Below are positions 55,779 through 64,000 of a stretch of DNA of 64,000 bases, in pieces (position 1 is the first letter of the stretch; every line of letters starts with the position of its first letter). This stretch comes from Cyclobacteriaceae bacterium (GTDB taxonomy: Bacteria; Bacteroidota; Bacteroidia; Cytophagales; Cyclobacteriaceae). The stretch spans positions 2,166,624-2,230,623 of the forward strand of contig OZ245731.1 of the NCBI GenBank assembly GCA_965227155.1, in the 5' to 3' direction. Position numbers and translations under genes: made by a program. The notes beneath the pieces were generated by a model. It worked only from the letters and a program-made list of their open reading frames with translations. It had not been told where the DNA came from and searched no databases.

Positions 55779-56918
55779 ATGTCAGAAAAAAATCAATTAC
55801 CGAAAATTGGTGTACTCGGAGGAGGTCAGCTGGGCAGAATGATGATTCAGTCTGCCATCAATTATAACCTGGATGTGGGTGTGCTTGATCCGGACGCAGC
55901 AGCGCCATGCCGGGATATTGCAACTACCTTCACACAGGGTTCCCTCAGGGATTTCGATACGGTGGTTTCTTTCGGAAAGAATTTTGACCTGGTCACTATA
56001 GAGATAGAAAATGTCAATACTGAGGCGCTGAAAACATTGCGTGCGGAGGGCGTTAAGGTTTTCCCCCAACCCGAAATTATCGAATTAATACAGGATAAAT
56101 CTAAGCAGAAGCAATTTTACAGTGAGCAAGGCATACCTACCGCTCCGTTTCACCTGGTTGATAATAAGGCTGATGTAGCGGCGCATAAGGGCTTTTTGCC
56201 GGCAGTAAACAAGCTGGCCCGTGAAGGATACGATGGTAGAGGTGTGCAGGTAATAAAATCGGAGGCTGACCTTGACAAGGCATTTGATGCACCAGGACTG
56301 TTGGAATCTTTTGTAGATTTTGAAAAAGAGCTTTCTGTAATTGTAGCTCGCAATGAATCGGGTGAAATGACCTGCTTTCCACTGGTAGAGCTGGCTTTTC
56401 ACCCGGTACATAACCTGGTAGAATATCTTTTTTCCCCTGCACAGGTAAGTGAGGAAGTGGAGCAGCAAGCACAGGCTATAGCCAGGGATGTGATTACCAA
56501 ACTGGATATGGTTGGCCTTCTGGCTGTAGAGATGTTTCTCACCAAAGATGGCGAGATTTTGGTCAATGAGATCGCGCCGCGCACACATAACAGCGGCCAC
56601 CATACCATTGAGGCTAACATCACCTCTCAGTTTGAGCAGCACCTGCGCGCTATCCTAAATTGGCCGCTTGGTGATACAGCGATAAAGATACCTGCCGCCA
56701 TGGTAAACCTATTGGGAGAAGATGGCTTTTCAGGGGAAGCAAAATACAAGGGGCTCGAGGATGTGCTGCAAATATCCGGTGTACATGTACACCTTTATGG
56801 CAAAAAATTGACTAAGCCTTTCCGAAAAATGGGGCATGTCACGATCGTAGATAAAAATATAGATCAGCTGGATCAAAAGGCCAGGCTGGTGAAATCAACC
56901 CTAAAAGTAATCGCATGA
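55779..56918 (+). CDS. purK: 5-(carboxyamino)imidazole ribonucleotide synthase
   Basis: [12 protein letters not shown]-terminus and an ATP-grasp fold; purK-purE overlap by 4 nt. Confidence 0.95.
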   Translation: MSEKNQLPKIGVLGGGQLGRMMIQSAINYNLDVGVLDPDAAAPCRDIATTFTQGSLRDFDTVVSFGKNFDLVTIEIENVNTEALKTLRAEGVKVFPQPEIIELIQDKSKQKQFYSEQGIPTAPFHLVDNKADVAAHKGFLPAVNKLAREGYDGRGVQVIKSEADLDKAFDAPGLLESFVDFEKELSVIVARNESGEMTCFPLVELAFHPVHNLVEYLFSPAQVSEEVEQQAQAIARDVITKLDMVGLLAVEMFLTKDGEILVNEIAPRTHNSGHHTIEANITSQFEQHLRAILNWPLGDTAIKIPAAMVNLLGEDGFSGEAKYKGLEDVLQISGVHVHLYGKKLTKPFRKMGHVTIVDKNIDQLDQKARLVKSTLKVIA

Positions 56919-57448
56919 GCAAAGCAAAAGTTGGAATAATCATGGGCAGCCAATCAGACCTAAAAGTGATGGGAGAGGCTGCTGAGGTGCTGGAAGAATT
57001 GGAAGTGCCTTTTGAGCTTACCATCGTTTCTGCACATCGCACACCCGATCGTATGATGGAATATGGCAAGCAGGCAGCTAAAAAAGGGCTGATGGCGATT
57101 ATCGCAGGTGCAGGAGGAGCCGCTCACCTTCCCGGTATGGTAGCATCACTTACTACACTTCCTGTTATTGGGGTGCCTGTAAAAAGCAGAAACTCTATCG
57201 ATGGGTGGGATTCAGTACTTTCGATATTGCAAATGCCGGGAGGGGTGCCGGTAGCCACTGTGGCACTGGATGGTGCCAAAAATGCAGGCATTCTGGCGGC
57301 GCAGATTGTAGCAACCAGTGATAAGAAAATCAGAAAAAACCTGGAGGCTTTCAAGCAGGCTATGGCAGATAAGGTGCTGGAATCAGCCAAAACAATAGAA
57401 GAAAATGGCTATCGGGGCAAGAGCATAGGTTTCAAATCTAGTCCCTGA
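56915..57448 (+). CDS. purE: 5-(carboxyamino)imidazole ribonucleotide mutase
   Basis: GSQSDL and [10 protein letters not shown] motifs. Confidence 0.96.
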   Translation: MSKAKVGIIMGSQSDLKVMGEAAEVLEELEVPFELTIVSAHRTPDRMMEYGKQAAKKGLMAIIAGAGGAAHLPGMVASLTTLPVIGVPVKSRNSIDGWDSVLSILQMPGGVPVATVALDGAKNAGILAAQIVATSDKKIRKNLEAFKQAMADKVLESAKTIEENGYRGKSIGFKSSP

Positions 57449-58442
57449 CAAAAAGTGCTCTGAACTTTTCGATCTCATGCTGCTTGCCCAGAAGGATCAC
57501 CACATCATCCACCCCAATCTCAGTTGCAGGGTCTGGATTAAATTGGAATCCAACGATGTTGTCTTTAAATCCTACGAGGGTAGCGCCGGTTTTATTTCGA
57601 ATATCTAAATCGCGTATCGAAACATCCTGATATTCTTCCTTAAGATCTTCATAGGCCACTTCATCAAGTATCAATCCATTGGGGCCCATGCCTGTCAGCA
57701 GGTCAATAAATTCAATTACATAGGGTTTGGTTACTAACTGCGCCATGTGAATACCACCTACTGCATCAGGGCGAACCACTTTATGTGCACCTGCCCTCCG
57801 TAATTTATTTTCAGAATTATCTTCGGATGCTCTCGAAATAATCTTGATGGCAGGGTTTAATTCTTTAGCCGTGAGCGTAATGAAAACATTATCTGCGTCT
57901 GAAGGCAAAGTTGTAATTATGGCTTTGGCCCGGTCAATACCTGCAGCTATCAAAATATCATCTTGCGTGGCCTCTCCCTGTATGACCGGGTAAATATTTT
58001 TGATGGCTTCTACATTTTGCTCATTTTTCTCAATAAGAACAAATTCGACACGGCTTAGAGAAAGTTCTTCACAAACTTTCATGCCGTTTCTGCCATAGCC
58101 GCATACAATCACATGGTTCTTAAGTTTATTCACAGTTTTATTCATGCGGTATTCTTTGAGAAATCTTTTGAGCTCACCTTCAAAAATATAAGCAGTAATA
58201 ATACTAACCAGGTATGCAAAAATACCGAAGTTGAAGATGATGTAAATACTGGCAAAAATGCGCCCACCTTCGGAAAGCGGTTGGACCTCATTGTAACCTA
58301 CCGTGGAGACGGTGATCACCGTCATGAAAAAGGCATCGGTCAGGCTGTAGTTTTCGATAAACATGAACCCCAGGATGCCTACCAGCAAACTGATTAACAG
58401 TAAAGCGACCGATAAGATTAAACTTCTTAACCCTGAAATCAT
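57438..58442 (-). CDS. two-TM K+-channel-like protein with RCK/TrkA-N domain; non-canonical pore filter
   Basis: M1-pore-M2 with TVSTVGYNE, then the Rossmann motif [10 protein letters not shown] and a TrkA-C-like end. The 3' end overlaps purE by 11 nt. Confidence 0.88.
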   Translation of the reverse strand: MISGLRSLILSVALLLISLLVGILGFMFIENYSLTDAFFMTVITVSTVGYNEVQPLSEGGRIFASIYIIFNFGIFAYLVSIITAYIFEGELKRFLKEYRMNKTVNKLKNHVIVCGYGRNGMKVCEELSLSRVEFVLIEKNEQNVEAIKNIYPVIQGEATQDDILIAAGIDRAKAIITTLPSDADNVFITLTAKELNPAIKIISRASEDNSENKLRRAGAHKVVRPDAVGGIHMAQLVTKPYVIEFIDLLTGMGPNGLILDEVAYEDLKEEYQDVSIRDLDIRNKTGATLVGFKDNIVGFQFNPDPATEIGVDDVVILLGKQHEIEKFRALFVRD

Positions 58443-58591
58443 GATGATATCTTGAAGTAATAAAAGTAAGACATGTCAATGAATCCTGCATTGTTGGGTG
58501 CCTTATTCGTAATTGATCAAAACAATACAACAGGACAATACCTTATATAATTGATTAAGACAGAATTATTCGCTATAATCGTTATATCAAT

Positions 58592-58831
58592 ATGCACGGC
58601 TATATTTTCGATATGATCCTATGTGGCATTGCCTACCTTTTTTTGGTGTATTTTATGATTACACTGATCAAAAAGCGTAATAAGGGTTACGATGGTGAAG
58701 ATGATGATGATGGCGGCCTGCCCGTATCCAGCCCTCCCGAAATTGATTTGCCACCGGGTGTTTGCTTGCCCGATGGTAGCCCCAAGCTCAAAATTGTAAA
58801 AGAAGACTTCCAGGAAGAAGTGCTGGCATAA
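58592..58831 (+). CDS. small membrane protein with an acidic/Pro-rich tail, unknown function
   Basis: 79 aa with one TM (ILCGIAYLFLVYFMITLI), then GEDDDDGGLPVSSPPEIDLPPG. Confidence 0.5.
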   Translation: MHGYIFDMILCGIAYLFLVYFMITLIKKRNKGYDGEDDDDGGLPVSSPPEIDLPPGVCLPDGSPKLKIVKEDFQEEVLA

Positions 58832-58884
58832 AACCGTTGACTAAGACTCTCTTTGATTTTTAATGTTTATACATTGATTCCAAT

Positions 58885-58899
58885 GATAGTTTTACTATC
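58885..58899. promoter_or_regulatory. palindrome GATAGT-TTT-ACTATC, candidate TetR operator
   Basis: Perfect 6-bp arms 18 nt upstream of a TAttTTTG -7 box (58917-58924), preceding the TetR gene. Confidence 0.35.
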
Positions 58900-58937
58900 G
58901 AAAGTGAGTTATTTACTATTTTTGTAGTTGGGATAAG

Positions 58938-59636
58938 TTGAAGTACATGACAGAATTTGCAACAGTACAGATTCAGGTGAACGAAAAGTTATATTTAAGA
59001 AACCCTGAACAGACGGAATTAGGCAGGAATATTATTTCATCCAGCATCAAACTCATAGCAGAACTAGGATTTGAGCATTTTACTTTTAAAAAACTTGCGA
59101 AAGATATCCACTCCACGGAAGCTTCTATTTACCGATACTTTGAAAACAAACATAAGCTTCTGATTTACCTTGTTTCCTGGTATTGGAGCTGGATGGAGTA
59201 TCAGGTAGATTACATGACCAACAATATTGATGATCCTGAAAAGAAGCTGGACATTGTTATAGATATTCTTTGCAAAAGCTCAAAATTCGACCCTCAATTC
59301 TCGCATATCAATGAAGATGCCCTCTATGAAATAGTTATTGCAGAGTCATCAAAAGCCTATTTAACCAAGGAAGTAGATGCAGACAATAAGGAAGGGTTTT
59401 TCTTACGCTACAAATCACTATGCAGAAAAATCTCGTCGTTCGTGGAAGAGATGGCACCGGAGTTCAAGTACCCCAGGGCTTTGATGAGCACTATCATAGA
59501 GGCATCTCACCATCAGAAATTTTTTGCAGAACACTTACCTTCACTTACAGAAGTTTCGCATAATGAAGGTGGTGAGGCAGACGTGTCTGAATACCTGAGA
59601 TACCTTGTATTCAGATTGCTACAGGAGAATAAATAA
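58938..59636 (+). CDS. TetR/AcrR-family transcriptional regulator
   Basis: N-terminal HTH FTFKKLAKDIHSTEASIYRYFENKHKLL. Start at TTG 58938 or ATG 58947. Confidence 0.85.
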   Translation: MKYMTEFATVQIQVNEKLYLRNPEQTELGRNIISSSIKLIAELGFEHFTFKKLAKDIHSTEASIYRYFENKHKLLIYLVSWYWSWMEYQVDYMTNNIDDPEKKLDIVIDILCKSSKFDPQFSHINEDALYEIVIAESSKAYLTKEVDADNKEGFFLRYKSLCRKISSFVEEMAPEFKYPRALMSTIIEASHHQKFFAEHLPSLTEVSHNEGGEADVSEYLRYLVFRLLQENK

Positions 59637-59637
59637 T

Positions 59638-60603
59638 TTACCAGCGCTGTAAGCCAAGCAATTTCTCGCCTAAAGAGGAAAGTTGCGCCGTTTGGTATTT
59701 CAACTGTTCCCAGTTGCGTGGATCTCCCGGAAATGCATAACCTTCCGGGGCTTTTCTTTCTTTCCAGGAGGTAATTCTCCAATTGCGCAGGGCGTCATTT
59801 TCTTCCTCAGCCGGCATCATAGAAATGTATTGTGCTATTCTTACCTTGTCTTCAGACCTGTTGGGCCTGATGCCATGTGCCAAAGTGCTATTAAAGATCA
59901 AGAGGTCACCTGCTTCTAATTTTACTTTCACGATCTCCCTTTCTAGCCCCCTCATATCTGGTTGAAACCGATCCCGATCTTCAGGCTGAGTGAGCTTCCA
60001 TTCGTCATAATGGCGATAGAGATAAGGTACGCACTGGAAACCTCCCATATTTTCATCCATCTGGTCAGCTAGCGCCAATACACCCTGCACGTTTTGGGGG
60101 CGCGTCTCAGGATCGTAATCCCAATGGATAAAGCCTTTCTGCTCGAATCCGGGGCGAGAAGGGAAATTAAGGTTTGCTCTATCGATAGTCACCCAAAGTT
60201 TTTCAGTGCCCCAGATATCGACAAATGCTTCATATATTTTTGGCGATTGTCTGTTGTTCCAAAGCAACTGATGATTGTAGACTTCCACCATGCCGGTACC
60301 GGCCAATTCCTTCATTTTCATTTCCGCACGTGGAGGAGTATACCATGTATCGGGAACATTGGGGTCTTTTTCTTCAAATTCCCATAAGAAGTCAGCTGTT
60401 GCCTTTGCCTGAGCGCGAGGTATTGCCTCTTTGATAATGACATAACCATTATGCTGCCAAAATGACCATTGATCCTCAGTAAGTGATTTGAGCGGTTCCC
60501 CGTGAGCTCGCTGGTTCAGTTTTAATTTACTGCTGGTGGCAGTGCTGGGGTTTCCCGGATTATCATCATGGTATCGGTTAGGGCTTTGTGCAGAGGTTTC
60601 CAT
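59638..60603 (-). CDS. phytanoyl-CoA dioxygenase (PhyH)-family Fe(II)/2-oxoglutarate oxygenase
   Basis: The H-x-D facial-triad segment (FIHWDYD) and a distal His (LAHGIRPN); overall PhyH-like. Confidence 0.8.
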   Translation of the reverse strand: METSAQSPNRYHDDNPGNPSTATSSKLKLNQRAHGEPLKSLTEDQWSFWQHNGYVIIKEAIPRAQAKATADFLWEFEEKDPNVPDTWYTPPRAEMKMKELAGTGMVEVYNHQLLWNNRQSPKIYEAFVDIWGTEKLWVTIDRANLNFPSRPGFEQKGFIHWDYDPETRPQNVQGVLALADQMDENMGGFQCVPYLYRHYDEWKLTQPEDRDRFQPDMRGLEREIVKVKLEAGDLLIFNSTLAHGIRPNRSEDKVRIAQYISMMPAEEENDALRNWRITSWKERKAPEGYAFPGDPRNWEQLKYQTAQLSSLGEKLLGLQRW

Positions 60604-60694
60604 GAGGCTTCACTTTTTTATACTATTAAAATAGACTTTAATTGCTACAAAATGAAATGAAGCTCCGCCTGCTGTTTTTGGAGTGCTTTCTAAA

Positions 60695-62509
60695 CTATAC
60701 CGATACAGCAGATTCCTCACCCATAAACTGAAGCTTGATCAGCTCGCTGTACAGACCATTTTCGATGCGGGCAAGTTCGTCATGTGTACCAGACTCTAAA
60801 ATGCGGCCTTCCTTAATCACCATGATGCGGTCTGCCTTTCTGATGGTGGCCAGCCTATGGGCAATGATGATTGAGGTGCGGCCTTCCATCAGTTTTTCGA
60901 GGGCATCCTGCACCAGCTGCTCTGAAGCTGCATCCAATGAGCTGGTAGCTTCATCAAGAATAAGGATGGCCGGATTTTTCAAGATGGCCCTGGCAATAGC
61001 AATGCGCTGACGTTGCCCACCGGAAAGCTTAACACCTCTCTCACCAACCACTGTATCAAAACCTTCCGGGAAGGCATTGATGAAGTCCAGTGCATTGGCT
61101 TTTTGTGCTGCTTCTTCTATTTCCTCCTGAGAAGCCTGGTGATTACCGTAAGCGATATTCTCTCGAATGGTGCCGCCAAATAAAATCACTTCCTGAGGTA
61201 CAATGCCTATATTTTTCCTGTAACCATACAGTGGATATTCCTGGATGTCCTTGCCATCTACCGAAATGGAGCCCTCATTGAGCGGGTAAAATCGCATTAG
61301 CAGCTGTACGATAGTTGATTTTCCAGCACCACTAGGGCCTACAAGTGCTACTTTTTGCCCTGATTTTATATCGAAGCTGATTTCATCGATCACAGTCACA
61401 TCCTTGCGGGTTGGATAAGCAAACTTTGCATTCGTGAAGCTAATATCACCGCTGAGGTGTAGTGGCTGCTTTTCTTCAATAGTTTCTTCGTTGGGTTCGT
61501 GTAAGACTTCCAGCACGCGCTCGCTGGCACCGATGGAGCGCTGCACCTGTCCGTATTGATCGCCAAGTCCTGCAATAGAACCTCCAATAAAAGTGGTATA
61601 GAGCACAAATGAAAGCAACTCACCCACAGTCATGTCACCACTCTGAACGAGTAAAGCGCCATACCACATGATCGCTACAATGGCACCAAACAGTACAAAT
61701 ATGATGAAGGAGATAAAGGCTGCCCTAAACCTAGCAGCTTTCAATGCTGTGGTTACCACGCCTCCTATGGATTTTTTATAACGGAGGGATTCAAAAAGCT
61801 CGCTGGTGAACGTTTTGACCGTATTAATAGACTGTAAGGTTTCCTCTACTATCACATTGGTATTGGCAAGCTCATCCTGTGTTTGCTTGGAAAGGCGCCG
61901 AATATAGCGCCCAAAAATGATAGCGAAAATCACAATCACCGGGAAGGTTGCCAGCATAAAAAGGCTCAGCTGTGTAGTGGTGTAGAAAATCGCCGCTGTA
62001 CCGATTATCAAAATCGCAATCTGACGGATCAACTCTGCCAGTGTTACCGAAAATGTATTTTGAAGTAAGGAAACGTCTGCAGTAATGCGGCTGATCAGTT
62101 CACCCACACGATTGTTGTCATAAAAGCTGAAAGGTAGCCGCATCAGCTTATCATACAAGGCATACCGGATATCAGCCATAGATTTTTCGCTAACCACAGC
62201 AAAAAGGTATACCCTGATGAAGGAAACAATACCCTGCACAAGCAAAATGGAAATCAATATGCCGGCTATGGTATTAAGGTCATCTGTGATCCAATCGCTT
62301 TTGCCGGAGGCGGCATCTATAAGCTTACCACTTAGAAAAGGAAAGGCCATCACCAGGGCACTGGTCAGTATAAGTAGCCCCAGCCCAATGATAAAAGGGA
62401 TTTTGTAGGGCAATACAAATTGAAAAATGCCTGTCAGTTTTTTAATACTTTCCTTATTAAGTTTCCGCTTCTCTTCTTTCGTTGAATCTTTCTGATTACT
62501 CCGCGCCAT
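60695..62509 (-). CDS. ABC transporter, fused permease/ATPase (MsbA-like exporter)
   Basis: Six N-terminal TM helices, Walker A GPSGAGKST, signature LSGGQRQR and Walker B ILILDEATS. Confidence 0.93.
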   Translation of the reverse strand: MARSNQKDSTKEEKRKLNKESIKKLTGIFQFVLPYKIPFIIGLGLLILTSALVMAFPFLSGKLIDAASGKSDWITDDLNTIAGILISILLVQGIVSFIRVYLFAVVSEKSMADIRYALYDKLMRLPFSFYDNNRVGELISRITADVSLLQNTFSVTLAELIRQIAILIIGTAAIFYTTTQLSLFMLATFPVIVIFAIIFGRYIRRLSKQTQDELANTNVIVEETLQSINTVKTFTSELFESLRYKKSIGGVVTTALKAARFRAAFISFIIFVLFGAIVAIMWYGALLVQSGDMTVGELLSFVLYTTFIGGSIAGLGDQYGQVQRSIGASERVLEVLHEPNEETIEEKQPLHLSGDISFTNAKFAYPTRKDVTVIDEISFDIKSGQKVALVGPSGAGKSTIVQLLMRFYPLNEGSISVDGKDIQEYPLYGYRKNIGIVPQEVILFGGTIRENIAYGNHQASQEEIEEAAQKANALDFINAFPEGFDTVVGERGVKLSGGQRQRIAIARAILKNPAILILDEATSSLDAASEQLVQDALEKLMEGRTSIIIAHRLATIRKADRIMVIKEGRILESGTHDELARIENGLYSELIKLQFMGEESAVSV

Positions 62510-62642
62510 TTATACTATTTTCTGTTAGGACGAATAGGGTTCAAAATTATGCTAGCTACAAAAGTAACAGGAACCAGAGGATCTATGTTGCTTTCCTGTA
62601 TTCTTTGACCTTGTGTCATTAGCAAAAAAATCCTAGATTAGG

Positions 62643-63575
62643 ATGAACCTAAATTTTACTATGTACCCACTTAAGAGAATACTTGTTTGCCTGGACATGA
62701 CAGATACGGATGACATTCTGATCCGATATGCTGCCATGTTTGGCAAGACAGTGCAGTGTGAAAAACTATATTTTATTCATTGTGTGAAGTCTTTGGAGCT
62801 TCCAGAGCAGTTGCGGAAGGAATTTCCGGAGATGGCCGTGCCACTGGATGAGACTATTACCCAGCAGCTTAAGGAGAATATTTCAAGGCACATAGATCAA
62901 GATGATATCCCTTACGATATAGGTGTGAAAGATGGAAATACCACAGAAAATATTCTTAAGTGGGCCAATATCAAACACGTGGATTTGATAGTGATGGGTA
63001 GAAAACCTGTGGAGCTAGGTACGGGTGTTAATGCCAACAGGATTGCCAATGTGTCGCCATGCTCTGTTTTAATGGTTCCTCAGGAGACAAAAATGACCCT
63101 CAACAAAATTTTCGTGCCCATTGATTTTTCTCCTTACAGCCATAGGGCCCTACTACGTGCTTTGACCATTAAGGAAAAAAATGATACGGAGATAGTCCTC
63201 CAAAATGTCTACAATGTACCGACCGGATACCATACTACAGGTAAGAAGTATGAGGAGTTTGCTGAAATAATGAATGAAAACGCTCACAAGAGCTATGAGC
63301 GCTTTCTTAAAAAGAATAAACTCGACAAGTCAGCTTTTAAATTCATCACTACCCTTGATGGCGATAATCAGCCGGGCGATAGAATTGCCACAGAGGCACA
63401 GCAGAATGGTGCAGACCTGATCATGATTGGTTCCAGGGGTAGAACTACCGCCGCCTCCTTACTGCTCGGGAGCATAGCAGTAGCATTACTCAAGTACAAT
63501 TATTCTATTCCTTGTTTTATCGTGAAGAACAAAAATGAGAATATGGGCTTTTTCCAGGCATTGATGAAGCTCTAA
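62643..63575 (+). CDS. tandem universal stress protein (two UspA domains)
   Basis: Two USP repeats, ending with the ATP-binding-like GSRGRTTAASLLLGS. Confidence 0.88.
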   Translation: MNLNFTMYPLKRILVCLDMTDTDDILIRYAAMFGKTVQCEKLYFIHCVKSLELPEQLRKEFPEMAVPLDETITQQLKENISRHIDQDDIPYDIGVKDGNTTENILKWANIKHVDLIVMGRKPVELGTGVNANRIANVSPCSVLMVPQETKMTLNKIFVPIDFSPYSHRALLRALTIKEKNDTEIVLQNVYNVPTGYHTTGKKYEEFAEIMNENAHKSYERFLKKNKLDKSAFKFITTLDGDNQPGDRIATEAQQNGADLIMIGSRGRTTAASLLLGSIAVALLKYNYSIPCFIVKNKNENMGFFQALMKL

Positions 63576-64000
63576 TCAATGGTTGCCCATTGATTTTTTA
63601 AGCGATTCGATATAGCGCTCTTTGGCTTTGAGGATCGTTTTAATGGCTACTTCTTTACCTTCCCAGCCTTCTATGCCCACTTTTTTCTTTTCAAGGTCTT
63701 TATAAACCTGGAAAAAGTGCTCGATTTCCTTTTTCAAATGGGGGTTGACTTCCTCCAGCGTAGTGATTTTATTCCATATAGGATCGCTTACCGGCACACA
63801 AAGCACCTTAGCATCGGGGCCTTTTTCATCGGTCATGTTAAAGAGGCCAATGGGTCTTACTTCTATTACGCAGCCCGGGAAGGTTGGCTCAGTTACCAGC
63901 ACCAATACATCCAATGGGTCACCATCCAACGCTAGGGTGTCGGGCACAAAGCCATAATCACTAGGGTAGAACATGGAAGAGAAAATCATGCGATCATAGC
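63576..64000 (-). CDS. ppa: inorganic diphosphatase (family I), 5' end beyond the window
   Basis: The YPSDYGFVPDTLALDGDPLDVLVL motif. The frame stays open to the window edge, and the stop codon abuts the USP stop. Confidence 0.93.
   Translation of the reverse strand, partial: YDRMIFSSMFYPSDYGFVPDTLALDGDPLDVLVLVTEPTFPGCVIEVRPIGLFNMTDEKGPDAKVLCVPVSDPIWNKITTLEEVNPHLKKEIEHFFQVYKDLEKKKVGIEGWEGKEVAIKTILKAKERYIESLKKSMGNH

Noticed and set aside
56085-56642. 185-aa, 111-aa and smaller minus-strand ORFs inside purK
   Set aside because: They are antisense to purK, mutually overlapping in different frames, and have no family features.
1-64000. Scan by eye for CRISPR arrays, rRNA, IS elements, integrases and tandem repeats
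   Set aside because: I noticed no regularly spaced direct repeats longer than the 6-mer arrays reported above, and no transposase- or integrase-like ORFs. A scan by eye cannot exclude short or degenerate elements.

Overview
This window reads as a chromosomal segment of a Bacteroidota genome, probably Cytophagia- or Flavobacteriia-like. The taxon call rests on a T9SS C-terminal sorting domain, a GldE-like gene, DUF1573/DUF4783/DUF4105 genes, a MurF-Alr fusion and recurrent TAnnTTTG -7 promoter boxes. About 70 genes are tightly packed and mostly housekeeping: ileS-lspA, recF, pdhA, ribH, lysC, anmK, coaX, lptC, rsmI, nadC, gpmI, murF-alr, feoAB, purKE and ppa, plus one tRNA-Val(GAC). I saw no rRNA, CRISPR array, transposase or integrase.

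The parts that are not ordinary core genome are:
1. An AT-rich islet of about 3.3 kb (7.1-10.4 kb) lies between lspA and DUF721-recF. It carries an intact DUF2683-type antitoxin next to a decayed YoeB/Txe-like toxin, an HTH-ImmA/IrrE metalloprotease plus DUF4411 (PIN-like) gene pair, and a single-pass membrane protein. Imperfect inverted repeats of about 40 nt bracket it. The ImmA/DUF4411 pair is my best candidate for an uncharacterised toxin-antitoxin or anti-phage system.
2. Two paralogous modules (37.3-43.1 kb) each consist of a secreted-protein gene divergent from a histidine kinase and an OmpR-type regulator. Both share helically phased GTTAAT direct repeats in the divergent promoter regions.
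3. Smaller oddities: an untracked 56-aa Cys-rich membrane ORF abutting a radical SAM/SPASM gene, an orphan HisA paralog lacking the N-terminal catalytic Asp, a K+ channel with a TVGYN filter, several TAnnTTTG-N4-start (apparently leaderless) genes, and many convergent gene pairs with abutting or overlapping stop codons.

All family names come from motif recognition by eye and from memory. No homology search was run.
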